In this document: positions 34,312 through 43,990 of the stretch, piece by piece | Position numbering within the stretch: position 1 is the stretch's first letter | How the letters are laid out: every line of letters begins with the position of its first letter | Source: an uncultured Methanosarcinales archaeon | GTDB taxonomy: Archaea; Nanobdellota; Nanobdellia; Woesearchaeales; CAYPCY01 | Reading direction: 5' to 3' | NCBI GenBank assembly: GCA_964409385.1 | Contig: CAYPCY010000002.1 | Location: 10,608-74,607, forward strand | DNA length: 64,000 nt | The notes under the pieces: generated by a model | The model's database searches: none | Seen by the model: the letters and a program-made list of their open reading frames with translations, nothing else | Told to the model about the DNA's origin: nothing | Position numbers and translations under genes: made by a program

Positions 34312-36870
34312 ATGGAAAACGTACCAAACGAGATTAATAATATAACTTTTAGCCTGTTCGGTCCTAAAACGATTAAGAACATGGCTGCGGCCAAGGTAGT
34401 AACACCAGAACTTTATGATAGGGAAGGATATCCTGTTGATGGCGGTTTAATGGATATTAGATTAGGAGTTATCGATCCTGGAATTAGATGTAAAACTTGC
34501 GGTTCTAAATTAAAAGAATGCCTTGGACATTTTGGTTATATTGAATTAGCAAGACCAGTAGTTCATGTTAAATTTGTTCCAACCATATTAAGTATTTTAA
34601 GAAGTACTTGTAACGAGTGTTCTAAACTTCTTGTTTCTGATGAAGAATTAGAAGATGCAAAGAAATTATTAAAAAATACTATTCCAAAGTTAGTATTAAA
34701 ATCTTTAAAACTTGGCAAGAGTTGTCCTCATTGTAAGTCTGAACAAGGAAAAATAATGCTTGAAAAACCAACCACTTTTTTAGAAGTTGATAAGAGAATT
34801 TCACCTATTGAGGTTAGGTCAAGACTTGAGAAGGTTCCTGATGATGCATTGCCTGTTTTTGGTATTAATCCAGAAGCTGCAAGGCCTGAATGGCCAATCT
34901 TGACTGTATTAGCAATTCCACCAGTTACTATGAGACCTTCCATAACTTTAGAGTCTGGAGAAAGAAGTGAGGATGATTTAACACATAAACTAGCAGATAT
35001 TGTAAGGATTAATCAAAGACTTTTCGAGAATATTAACGCTGGAGCTCCAGAAATCATCATTGAAGATTTATGGGATTTATTACAGTATCACATCACAACA
35101 TTTTTTGATAATAATCTTTCTCAATTACCACCTGCTCGTCACAGAAGTGGAGAGCCACTAAAAACATTAACAGAAAGAATAACTAGTAAAGAAGGAAGAA
35201 TAAGACATAATTTAGCAGGTAAAAGAACTAATTTTTCTGCAAGAACAGTTATTAGTCCAGATCCTAAAATTGAAATGGATGAAGTTGGAGTTCCTATAGT
35301 TATGGCTTTAAAACTTACAGTTCCTGAAAGGATTACTGAATGGAATTTGAATTATCTGAAAAAGTTTGTTGAGAACGGTCCTAAAGTATATCCAGGCGCT
35401 AATTATATTGTTAGGCCTGATGGTAAAAAGAAAAAAATAACTGATGATACTAAAGAACAATTATTAGAAGAGATAGAACCAGGATTCCAGGTTGAAAGGC
35501 ATTTAATAGATGGTGATGTAGCATTATTTAACAGACAACCTTCACTACATAGAATGTCTATGATGTGTCACAAGGTTAAGGTACTTCCAGGCCTAACATT
35601 AAGACTAAATCCTGCTGTTTGTGCCCCTTACGCTGCAGACTTTGACGGGGATGAAATGAATTTGCACATTCCTCAAACAGAAGAAGCAAGGGCTGAAGCA
35701 GAAATATTACTAGAAGTAGAAACTCAAGTTATTAGTCCAAGGTACGGATTAAGTATAATTGGTTGTAATCAAGACTCAGTTTCAGGAAATTATGTTCTTA
35801 CTAAATATTTAGATTTTCCTAGGAGTGAAGCCATAGACTTACTTGCTTCAATAGGAGTTACTGATTTTTCAAAACTTCCAAAGAAAGAAATTGTTTCTGG
35901 AAAAGAAGTTTTTTCAGTATTACTTCCTAAAGATTTCAATTTTGAAGGTCACGCAAAATCTTACAAGCCAGGATCTAAAAATTCTGACGATTTTGTTAAG
36001 ATAGAAAAAGGAGTATTAAAAACAGGAGTATTAGACAGTAAAAATATTGGTGGTGGTTCTGGACTTTTACTGAGAAATTTACACAAACAATACGGTCAAG
36101 AAAGAGCACTAAAAATGCTAGGATTATTTTTCAGGCTTGGAATTCAAACTTTATTGAAGTACGGGTTTTCATCTTCATTATCCGATACTGACTTAACTTC
36201 TAAAGCTTCCAAAGAGGTTGAAAATATAATTTTAGAATCTGAAAAGGAAGTTAATAAATTAATTAAGAAGTATAATCAAAAAACTTTAGTTTCTCTTCCA
36301 GGAAGAGGATTAAGAGAAACTTTAGAACTAAAAATTCTTGAAGTTCTTAATAGAGCAAGAAACGATGCTGGAAAAGTAGTTTTCGATACTGCTGATGTAA
36401 TGAGTCATACTTACATAATGGTTGATTCGGGAGCTAGAGGTAATGAAATCCAACTAGCTCAAATGGCTGCTTGTGTAGGACAACAAGCGTTCAGAGGGTC
36501 TAGAATTAACCAAGGATTTGGAGGTAGAACATTATCTTGTTTCAAAAAGAATGATTTAAGTCCTAAAGCACATGGTTTTGTTAGGGGGGGTTATAAGTCA
36601 GGATTAAAACCTCACGAGTTCTTTTTTATGAATATGACTGGTAGGGATTCATTAATGGATACTGCATTAAGAACTCCAAAATCAGGTTATCTCTACAGAA
36701 GATTAGCTAATGCCATGCAGGATTTAAAAGTAGAATATGATTTTACTGTTAGAGATGCAGCTAATAAGATTGTTCAATTCACGTATGGAGAGGACGGTAT
36801 TGATGTTTCAAAAAGTGAAGGAGGCAGTATTAACATTAAAAAAATAGTTGATACTGTTATTAAGGGTTGA
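34312..36870 (+). CDS. rpoA1: RNA polymerase subunit A' (Rpo1N)
   Basis: GHFGYIELA.PV, NRQPSLH, ADFDGDEMN, SGYL.RRL. Confidence 0.97.
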   Translation: MENVPNEINNITFSLFGPKTIKNMAAAKVVTPELYDREGYPVDGGLMDIRLGVIDPGIRCKTCGSKLKECLGHFGYIELARPVVHVKFVPTILSILRSTCNECSKLLVSDEELEDAKKLLKNTIPKLVLKSLKLGKSCPHCKSEQGKIMLEKPTTFLEVDKRISPIEVRSRLEKVPDDALPVFGINPEAARPEWPILTVLAIPPVTMRPSITLESGERSEDDLTHKLADIVRINQRLFENINAGAPEIIIEDLWDLLQYHITTFFDNNLSQLPPARHRSGEPLKTLTERITSKEGRIRHNLAGKRTNFSARTVISPDPKIEMDEVGVPIVMALKLTVPERITEWNLNYLKKFVENGPKVYPGANYIVRPDGKKKKITDDTKEQLLEEIEPGFQVERHLIDGDVALFNRQPSLHRMSMMCHKVKVLPGLTLRLNPAVCAPYAADFDGDEMNLHIPQTEEARAEAEILLEVETQVISPRYGLSIIGCNQDSVSGNYVLTKYLDFPRSEAIDLLASIGVTDFSKLPKKEIVSGKEVFSVLLPKDFNFEGHAKSYKPGSKNSDDFVKIEKGVLKTGVLDSKNIGGGSGLLLRNLHKQYGQERALKMLGLFFRLGIQTLLKYGFSSSLSDTDLTSKASKEVENIILESEKEVNKLIKKYNQKTLVSLPGRGLRETLELKILEVLNRARNDAGKVVFDTADVMSHTYIMVDSGARGNEIQLAQMAACVGQQAFRGSRINQGFGGRTLSCFKKNDLSPKAHGFVRGGYKSGLKPHEFFFMNMTGRDSLMDTALRTPKSGYLYRRLANAMQDLKVEYDFTVRDAANKIVQFTYGEDGIDVSKSEGGSINIKKIVDTVIKG

Positions 36871-36875
36871 TATTA

Positions 36876-37994
36876 ATGAAAGCATTCGATGAGTATAAAG
36901 GAAAATTACCTGTTTCTTTAATTGAAGAGGTTAAAGAAGAATTACCTGAAGGTATTAATGAAGCAAAAGTTAAGAAAATATTGGAAGAAGTCTATTCAGA
37001 ATACATTAAGAGTTTAGTGAATCCTGGTGAATCTGTAGGAATAATTTCTGCAGAATCAATTGGAGAACCTAGTACTCAAATGACATTAAACACTAAATTA
37101 TTAGCAGGGGTTTCCGAAATGAATGTTACTCTTGGAATTCCCAGAATTATTGAAATTTTAGACGGAAGAAAAATAATAAAAACTCCTATGATGGAAATAG
37201 GACTTAATAAGAAATTTTTGGATAAGGAAGTTAAAAAATTCGCAATGAAAATAAAAGATACTTCTTTGAAAGAGTTTGTTGTTAAGGTTTCTACAGATAT
37301 TACTAATAGTTCACTAAAGCTTGATTTGAATAAAGATCTTCTTTCAGAGTATGATTTAACTCCTGAAGAAATTAAAGTTTTAGTGGCTAAGAAGCATGAT
37401 GTTAAATTAACAGGCAATTCTTTAACAATTAAAGTTAAGGATGCTTCAATAGGTGATTTACATGAGGTTAAAGGTATAGTTTTAGATTTACATGCTATTG
37501 GAATAAAAGGAGTAACACAAGTATTACCTGTTAAAAAAGACACAAAACATGTTATAATGACTTCTGGTTCAAACCTTAAAGAAGTATTAAAACTTGATTT
37601 TGTCGATCCAAAAACCACTAAAAGTAATGATCTTTATGAAACAGAAAAATTCTTTGGTATAGAAGCAGTTAGACAATTAATAATAGACGAAGTTCTAAAG
37701 GTTTTCGAAAATCAAGGATTAGATATTAATGCAAGACACATATTGTTAATCGCTGATATGATGTGTTATTCTGGAAAGATTCAAGGAATAACAAGATATG
37801 GGATCGTTTCTGAAAAGAAATCAGTTCTTGCCAGGGCTTCTTTCGAAACACCTGTAAAGTACTTAATAGCAGCTGCATTAGATGGTGAAGTTGATGAGTT
37901 GGCTAGTGTTGTTGAGAATGTTATGATTAACCAACCAATTCCTGTAGGAACTGGTCTTCCAGGACTTGTAACAAAGTTTAAAAATAAAAAGTAA
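36876..37994 (+). CDS. rpoA2: RNA polymerase subunit A'' (Rpo1C)
   Basis: PGESVG..SA.SIGEP.TQMTL, GIEA.R, RHI.L.AD.M, LARASFE, GTG. Confidence 0.97.
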   Translation: MKAFDEYKGKLPVSLIEEVKEELPEGINEAKVKKILEEVYSEYIKSLVNPGESVGIISAESIGEPSTQMTLNTKLLAGVSEMNVTLGIPRIIEILDGRKIIKTPMMEIGLNKKFLDKEVKKFAMKIKDTSLKEFVVKVSTDITNSSLKLDLNKDLLSEYDLTPEEIKVLVAKKHDVKLTGNSLTIKVKDASIGDLHEVKGIVLDLHAIGIKGVTQVLPVKKDTKHVIMTSGSNLKEVLKLDFVDPKTTKSNDLYETEKFFGIEAVRQLIIDEVLKVFENQGLDINARHILLIADMMCYSGKIQGITRYGIVSEKKSVLARASFETPVKYLIAAALDGEVDELASVVENVMINQPIPVGTGLPGLVTKFKNKK

Positions 37995-38007
37995 TTTGTG
38001 AATTTTT

Positions 38008-38265
38008 ATGAAGGCAGATATTAGAAAGATTGTTGAATCAAAGAAGACAATTTTAGGGAAGAATAGAACTTTAAAAGCATTACATTCTAAAACTTTAAAG
38101 ACAGTATTTCTAGCTAAAAATAGTCCTAAAACTTTAAAGTCTGATTTTGAAAGATATTCTAGAATTTCAGGCTTTAAACTAGTAAATACTGATTTTTCTA
38201 ATGAAGAGTTAGGAGTTATTTGTAGAAAACCATTTTTTGTTTCAGTAATTGGAGTTTTGAAATAA
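38008..38265 (+). CDS. rpl30e: 50S ribosomal protein L30e
   Basis: ILG...TLK, ELGVICRKPF.VSVI; conserved position after rpoA2. Confidence 0.92.
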   Translation: MKADIRKIVESKKTILGKNRTLKALHSKTLKTVFLAKNSPKTLKSDFERYSRISGFKLVNTDFSNEELGVICRKPFFVSVIGVLK

Positions 38266-38676
38266 ATGGGAGTTTCTTTTGATGTTAAAACTTTACAATT
38301 AATTTCTTTATTTGAAAAAAAAACTAGGACTAGAGTAAAAGATTGTATTTTAACTGATGATAAAACAATTTTTGTTCTTGAAAAAGGAAATTTGTTTAAA
38401 ATTATTAAAAACAAAGGAAGTATTCAAAAACTAGAAGATTTATTTAAGTTTAAGATAAAATTAGTAGAATTTAATTCGGATATTACTATTTTCGTGAAAA
38501 ATTTTGTTCATCCTATAAGACCAGAAAGTGTAATTGAAGAAAATAATATCATAAGTATTAAAGGTTCTGACACTAAATCTAAAGGTTTACTAATTGGTAG
38601 AGATTCAAGAAATCTAATTTTACTGAAGAATGTCTTAAAAAAGTTCTTCATTATAGAGGATATTAAGGTCGTATAA
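38266..38676 (+). CDS. nusA: Archaeal NusA-like transcription factor
   Basis: FE..T...VKDCI, KG.LIGR...N KH motif; synteny. Confidence 0.9.
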   Translation: MGVSFDVKTLQLISLFEKKTRTRVKDCILTDDKTIFVLEKGNLFKIIKNKGSIQKLEDLFKFKIKLVEFNSDITIFVKNFVHPIRPESVIEENNIISIKGSDTKSKGLLIGRDSRNLILLKNVLKKFFIIEDIKVV

Positions 38677-38716
38677 TGCAAATTTTTATAAATGGTTTTA
38701 ATTTTCGAGGATTTAT

Positions 38717-39154
38717 ATGGCAAAGAAAGGAAATGGATTGAATGCAGGTAAGAAATTATTGGCTAGAAGATCTAAATTTAGATGGGCTAACAAAGCGTTT
38801 AAGAAAAAAACTTTAAATTTGAAGAGAAAATCAGATCCTTTAGCAGGAAGTTCACAAGCTTCAGGTATTGTTCTTGAAAAAATCCAAGTAGAAGCTAAAC
38901 AACCAAATTCTGCAATGAGAAAATGCGTTCGTGTACAACTTGTTAAGAATGGAAAGCAAATATCTGCATTCCTTCCGGGTGATGGCGCAACTAAAATGGT
39001 TGATCAACATGATGAGGTTGTTATTGAATGTATTGGAGGAAGCAGGGGGAGGTCTAAAGGAGATCTTCCTGGAGTTAGGTGGCAAGTAATAAAAGTTAAT
39101 GATCAATCCTTGAAAGCATTGCTTTCAGGCAAGTTAGAAAAGGCAAGAAAATAA
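38717..39154 (+). CDS. rps12: 30S ribosomal protein S12 (uS12)
   Basis: [24 protein letters not shown]. Confidence 0.98.
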   Translation: MAKKGNGLNAGKKLLARRSKFRWANKAFKKKTLNLKRKSDPLAGSSQASGIVLEKIQVEAKQPNSAMRKCVRVQLVKNGKQISAFLPGDGATKMVDQHDEVVIECIGGSRGRSKGDLPGVRWQVIKVNDQSLKALLSGKLEKARK

Positions 39155-39747
39155 TGATAAAAGCATTCAATAAGTGGGGAACTGAAGAAATTAAGGTAGA
39201 AGACCCTGGACTAGTAAAGTACATTTCTTTAAAAGCTAAGATTGTTCCTAGAACTGGAGCGAGATATGCTAAGAATAGATTTCATAAATCAAACACTTTT
39301 ATTATTGAAAGATTAATGAATAAAGTAATGGTTCCAGGTCACAAATCTAAAAAACATTTCAAAACATCATATCATGCTACTGGAAAATCAGGAAATGCTT
39401 ATGAATTAATTAAAAAAACTTTATTATATATTGAAGAAAAAACTAAAGAAAATCCTATTAAAGTTTTTGTAAAAGCGTTAGAAAATGCTGCTCCTAGGGA
39501 AGAAATAATAACTATTGAATATGGTGGTGCTCGTTATCCTAAAGCAGTAGAATGTGCGCCTCAAAGAAGAATTGATGTTGCATTAAGATTAATGGTTCAA
39601 GGATCTTATCAGAAAGCTTTCGATAGTAAAAAACCTTCATTCCAGGCTTTAGCTGAGGAGATTCTTAATGCTTATAATATGAAGCCTGCAAGCACTGCTA
39701 TTTCTAAGAAGTTAGAGCTTGAAAGACAAGCAGATTCTAGCAGATAA
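39154..39747 (+). CDS. rps7: 30S ribosomal protein S7 (uS7)
   Basis: NPI.V.V.A.EN..PREE, P.RR.D.AL, ELER.A.SSR. Confidence 0.98.
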   Translation: MIKAFNKWGTEEIKVEDPGLVKYISLKAKIVPRTGARYAKNRFHKSNTFIIERLMNKVMVPGHKSKKHFKTSYHATGKSGNAYELIKKTLLYIEEKTKENPIKVFVKALENAAPREEIITIEYGGARYPKAVECAPQRRIDVALRLMVQGSYQKAFDSKKPSFQALAEEILNAYNMKPASTAISKKLELERQADSSR

Positions 39748-39805
39748 ACATTATGAAACAGAAAAATGTGAAACATTTCGGGCTTCAAAATATACAGAGT
39801 ATGTT

Positions 39806-40513
39806 ATGAAATATTTTTATATTGATGCAAAATTCAAAGGAAAGATTAAACTTTCTAGTTCTTTTCTTGATTCTTTACCTAAAAAAGTCGCGTTCTACAC
39901 AACTATTCAGTTTGCTGAACAAAAAGAGAAATTAATTAAACAAATTGAAGACTCTGGAAGAAAAGTTTCATTATTACAAACTAGCCATACTTGGAAACCA
40001 GGGCAAATTTTAGGTTGTAATTTAGAGATTGTTAAAGAGAAAGTTGATGGTTTTGTTTATGTTGGAGATGGAGATTTTCACCCTACAGCATTAGTTTATA
40101 ATAATAAAAAATCTGTTTTTCAATACGATCCCTTTGCTAAAACTTCAAGGGTTATAACTCCTGAATATGTGAATAAACAAAGAAAACGAAATCAAGCCGC
40201 AAAAACACATTTTCTTACCAAGAATAATATAGGAGTTTTAATTTCTGTAAAATCCGGACAGAATTTTACTAATAGAGCATTAAAATTAAGGAGGTTATAT
40301 CCTGAAAAGAATTTTTATTTTTTAGCTTCTAATAATGTTGGATTCCAAGAATTAGAAAATTTCCCTTTTATTGAAGTTTTTGTAAACACTGCTTGTCCAA
40401 GAATTGGTTTGGAAGATCAAAAAAAATTTCCTAAGCCAGTAGTTAATCTTGCTGATGTTGAGGAATTAGTTGATAATTTAAGTCCTGGTTCTAAATATCC
40501 TTTAACTGTTTAA
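39806..40513 (+). CDS. dph2: Diphthamide biosynthesis Dph1/Dph2 family protein, N-terminally shortened
   Basis: TTIQF, GQILGC, YVGDG.FH, K.GQ, FVNTACPRI. Confidence 0.85.
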   Translation: MKYFYIDAKFKGKIKLSSSFLDSLPKKVAFYTTIQFAEQKEKLIKQIEDSGRKVSLLQTSHTWKPGQILGCNLEIVKEKVDGFVYVGDGDFHPTALVYNNKKSVFQYDPFAKTSRVITPEYVNKQRKRNQAAKTHFLTKNNIGVLISVKSGQNFTNRALKLRRLYPEKNFYFLASNNVGFQELENFPFIEVFVNTACPRIGLEDQKKFPKPVVNLADVEELVDNLSPGSKYPLTV

Positions 40514-40549
40514 GAAACATATATAAAAGATTTCCTTTTCTAAATAATT

Positions 40550-40873
40550 ATGGAAGAATTAACTCCTGAACAACTCGAAGAGAGAAGAATAAGAATCCCT
40601 AAGAAGAATGAAGTTTTGGGACTTTTAGAACAGAGATTAGGCGGTAGTAGGTGTAGAGTTAGATGTTTAGATGGTAATACTAGAATTTGTAGGATACCTG
40701 GAAGACTGAAAAGAAGACTTTGGGTTAGGGAAGGAGATGTTGTTCTTGTAGAACCTTGGGAGTTTGGCGGTGATGAAAAGGGAGATATTATTTTTAAGTA
40801 TAAACCAATCCAAGTTAAGATTCTTGAAAAGAAAGGTCTTTTGAAAAGTCTTTCTAACATGGACGAGTTTTAA
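40550..40873 (+). CDS. eif1a: Translation initiation factor aIF-1A
   Basis: LGG...[24 protein letters not shown]. Confidence 0.96.
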   Translation: MEELTPEQLEERRIRIPKKNEVLGLLEQRLGGSRCRVRCLDGNTRICRIPGRLKRRLWVREGDVVLVEPWEFGGDEKGDIIFKYKPIQVKILEKKGLLKSLSNMDEF

Positions 40874-40917
40874 TTTTTTCCGCAAGTTTTATATATTATC
40901 TACTCTAAAATAGTTAT

Positions 40918-41406
40918 ATGAAGTTTTTTGAGGGAGTAGTAAATTTTTCATTGCTTATTTGTTTCTTATTATTATTTTTTGTTCCTTCAGGAGATTTTAA
41001 GTTATTAGTATTGTTTGTTTCTTTATTTTTTGTTCTTACATACTTATACTTGAAAGAATTAAAATTCTTAATTCCTACTTTTGCATTAATATTATTACTT
41101 TCCGTTCTTAACACTATAAAATATGATTCTTTAGTTTTCGTTTTTCTAACATTAATTTCTTCTTTTGGGTTAGTCGGAGCTTCAGTTTCTTCAACTTCTA
41201 AAGAAGAGGAAGAATTTGATTTGGAACTTCCTGAATTGCCAGAAGAAATAATTCCTCAAAGAAAATTTTTAGCTTCTGCCGACTCTAATATTTTTCATTC
41301 AGAAGGTTGTAGATATTCAAAAAATATTGACTATTCTAGAAAGAGAGTTTTTAATTCTGCTGAAGAAGCATTATCTCAAGGTCTTAAGCCGCATTCTTGT
41401 TCTTAA
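40918..41406 (+). CDS. Membrane protein with C-terminal Ada-like metal-binding domain
   Basis: 4 short TM; AS..S.IFH...C......F.S.EEA...G.KP..C. Confidence 0.65.
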   Translation: MKFFEGVVNFSLLICFLLLFFVPSGDFKLLVLFVSLFFVLTYLYLKELKFLIPTFALILLLSVLNTIKYDSLVFVFLTLISSFGLVGASVSSTSKEEEEFDLELPELPEEIIPQRKFLASADSNIFHSEGCRYSKNIDYSRKRVFNSAEEALSQGLKPHSCS

Positions 41407-41779
41407 TTTCTTCTATTATTAACCAGAAAACACCTATTGTGATGTAAGAATCTGCTAGATTGAATGAGGGGAAGAAACTAAATGAAATAAAATCAGTAAC
41501 ACCTCCATAAAGTATTCTATCACTTAAATTACCTAGAACACCTGCAGATAATAATATTAAAGAAAACTTATTGAATTCTCTCTTATATTTATATAATAAA
41601 AATAGAAATAATATTGCTACAAGAATAAATATGAAGTTATAACCTTGGAACATTCCAAAACTAGCTCCTGTATTTTTTGTGAATTGAAATTTTAGAATTC
41701 CTGGGATTATTGTAAAACTTACCGTTTCAAATATTCTTTTTGTAATAAAATCTGCAAGGAATAAAAGGATTACTTTCAT
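41384..41779 (-). CDS. lspA: Lipoprotein signal peptidase (signal peptidase II)
   Basis: D..TK, NTGASFG, G.LGNL.DR, GV.DFI, FNLAD..I motifs with both catalytic Asp. Confidence 0.9.
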   Translation of the reverse strand: MKVILLFLADFITKRIFETVSFTIIPGILKFQFTKNTGASFGMFQGYNFIFILVAILFLFLLYKYKREFNKFSLILLSAGVLGNLSDRILYGGVTDFISFSFFPSFNLADSYITIGVFWLIIEEIKNKNAA

Positions 41780-42105
41780 ATTTTTTGTTTTTTCTCTTCC
41801 GCCTGTGCTATCTTTTCAATATTTTTAATTCTTAAATTAACATTGTCTAGTTCTGATTTTATAGCGTCTAATTTAGTATTTATTAGTTCAAGATTGGGTT
41901 TTTCAGTTTCTGTTGGTTGTGTATTTTCTTGCTGCATTCCCGTTCCAAATTCTGGAATTCCTGGACTTGGTTCTGTTTCTAAACTCTTTGAGTTTTGAAT
42001 CTCAGAATCGCTTTGCAATTCTTTTGTTTCTTCAATAGGAGTTTCTTCTATTTCTGGTTCGAATTCTTTTCTTTTCCAAAATTTTACTTTATCTAACATT
42101 TTCAA
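41776..42105 (-). CDS. Hypothetical acidic protein with C-terminal coiled coil
   Basis: LELINTKLDAIKSELDNVNLRI; overlaps both neighbours operonically. Confidence 0.65.
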   Translation of the reverse strand: MKMLDKVKFWKRKEFEPEIEETPIEETKELQSDSEIQNSKSLETEPSPGIPEFGTGMQQENTQPTETEKPNLELINTKLDAIKSELDNVNLRIKNIEKIAQAEEKKQKI

Positions 42106-42802
42106 TAATTTTCCCTATTAGTCCCGATGGAAATAATTTTATTATCTTAAAAATTCCCTCAGGCAATATTTGTATTTCTCCTTCCTTGTAAGCTTTCATT
42201 ATTTTGTTTAAAGCTTCTGACTCTAAACTTTTGAATGTTGCTGAAGCAAAAATTGCTGTTTTTATTTCTTCAATACTTTGTTCTTCTAATGCTTGAAGGA
42301 TTAATTCTGCTTTTTCTTCAGATCCTTCTGAAATTATTAATGCAATTTCTTCAATAGTATTTGTATTTAGAATATTTAAAATTTCTTCTTTATTTAAGTT
42401 TCCAAAGTCTAAGTCAATACTTTCAAGATGTTCTTCAATGAATTCAGTGCTTACAACTATTGTTTTTAAATAAGTATTTTTTAGTTCACTAATATCTCCT
42501 TCTAAGTAATTATTTGAAATTTCAGTGATTGTTTCTTGACTTATTGGTGTGAAATTATCTCCTTCAAGAGAAAATCCTGCAAGTATATTTCCAGCATCTT
42601 CTAATAGGAATACTATTGGCGAGTCGCTTTCTTGAAATTCTTTTACTTCTTTATACGCAGTATATCCTATGAATGCAGTTCCAATAAGTAAAATTAAGAA
42701 AATAATACTTATTATTTTGATTGCTAATTTTACAAACTTGAAGATTATGCTTAATACAATAAAACCTATAAGAACAAGACCTGCAAGATATAACGGTTCC
42801 AT
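42089..42802 (-). CDS. Hypothetical membrane protein
   Basis: Two N-terminal TM helices, acidic soluble domain. Confidence 0.65.
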   Translation of the reverse strand: MEPLYLAGLVLIGFIVLSIIFKFVKLAIKIISIIFLILLIGTAFIGYTAYKEVKEFQESDSPIVFLLEDAGNILAGFSLEGDNFTPISQETITEISNNYLEGDISELKNTYLKTIVVSTEFIEEHLESIDLDFGNLNKEEILNILNTNTIEEIALIISEGSEEKAELILQALEEQSIEEIKTAIFASATFKSLESEALNKIMKAYKEGEIQILPEGIFKIIKLFPSGLIGKIIENVR

Positions 42803-42833
42803 CCGCTAGAATATACTTGTTTTATTAATAAAA

Positions 42834-43196
42834 TTATGCTTTTTCTAGATTGGCGAGATGTAGATATACACTGTTTTTTGATTTCTCAATTTGAAAATTA
42901 TTAAACTCTTTTTTTGTAATTCTTTCAACATCGTAAATTCTAGCTCTCACTAAATCTTCAAGACTATAATCATCATCATGATTAACCTGTCTTAATTCTG
43001 TATGTAGCATATTGTCTGAATTATATGTACTTGGTTTGTAAATAAATTGTAATTCGTAGAATGTTGTAATATCTGGTCTTCCCATTTCTGTCTTTAACTC
43101 TAAAGTTCCATATCCTTTTCTTTTAATGTCTTTGAGTACACTAGTTAAGAATTCATTCAAACTGTTATGATTATTTTTATTTTCTCCTAAGAACAT
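42834..43196 (-). CDS. Hypothetical protein
   Basis: ORF between rps8e and membrane gene; start chosen at ATG 43196, uncertain. Confidence 0.45.
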   Translation of the reverse strand: MFLGENKNNHNSLNEFLTSVLKDIKRKGYGTLELKTEMGRPDITTFYELQFIYKPSTYNSDNMLHTELRQVNHDDDYSLEDLVRARIYDVERITKKEFNNFQIEKSKNSVYLHLANLEKA

Positions 43197-43245
43197 GATG
43201 TTTAATAATAAGAACAAACTTAAAAATCTACTGTTTTTTTTTGAA

Positions 43246-43620
43246 TTATTGAAGCTTGGCATTAACAAAACCGTCCTGTCCTGGACTGTTAGTTATTATT
43301 GCTTTTCCTTTTTTAGTTTCTATTACTGTTCCTTTAGTTAGGATGTTTCGTCTTACAAAGTTTCTATTAGCAGAATTTTCAATTACTGTTTCTATTTTAA
43401 CTTTGGAGATTTTTCCTTTCTCTGCAATGTTTACAAATTCTGTTTGTAAAAGAATATGTTTAGTGTTTCCTCCTCTTGTCCTAATAGTTTTTCTTTTTTC
43501 AATTCCTATCTTTGGAAGGTTTGGTTTGTTAGAGTGAGAATGTAATTTTTTCTTTAACAATACTTTCTTGTATCTTGCTCCTGTTTCTTTTCTTAAACTT
43601 CTGCTTTGGGATATTGCCAT
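43246..43620 (-). CDS. rps8e: 30S ribosomal protein S8e
   Basis: RS.RK.TG, R.RGGN.K, N.AN..FVRRNI.TKG, PGQDG.VNA. Confidence 0.97.
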   Translation of the reverse strand: MAISQSRSLRKETGARYKKVLLKKKLHSHSNKPNLPKIGIEKRKTIRTRGGNTKHILLQTEFVNIAEKGKISKVKIETVIENSANRNFVRRNILTKGTVIETKKGKAIITNSPGQDGFVNAKLQ

Positions 43621-43760
43621 GTTCTTCCGGAAATCTATTTTGTTTTTAAATCTTACGAAATAAGTAGTATTTCTAAGTTCAAAATGAAGAATTCATTTTT
43701 TAATTTACCCTACCACAACTTTTATAAATATCACTTTTATCCTCATTTTCAAGTGATATT

Positions 43761-43988
43761 ATGGAAAATTCTAGACCTTTAGATGCTTTAAACAAGTCAA
43801 GGAACAAAAGAGTGATTGTCGAGTTAAAAAACGGCAAAACATTTAATGGAAATCTGACGGCTTTTGATATTCATATAAATTTGTATCTTGATGATGCTAC
43901 TGAAATTGAGAATGGAGAAGTTAAGAGAAAGTTAGGAACCTTATTTTTGAGGGGCGATGCTGTAATTCTTGTTTCTCCTGCTGAATAA
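43761..43988 (+). CDS. Sm-like archaeal protein (SmAP1/Lsm)
   Basis: RPLD.L, V.LKNG..F.G.L..FD.H.NL.L, RGD; upstream of rpl37e as usual. Confidence 0.95.
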   Translation: MENSRPLDALNKSRNKRVIVELKNGKTFNGNLTAFDIHINLYLDDATEIENGEVKRKLGTLFLRGDAVILVSPAE

Positions 43989-43990
43989 AA

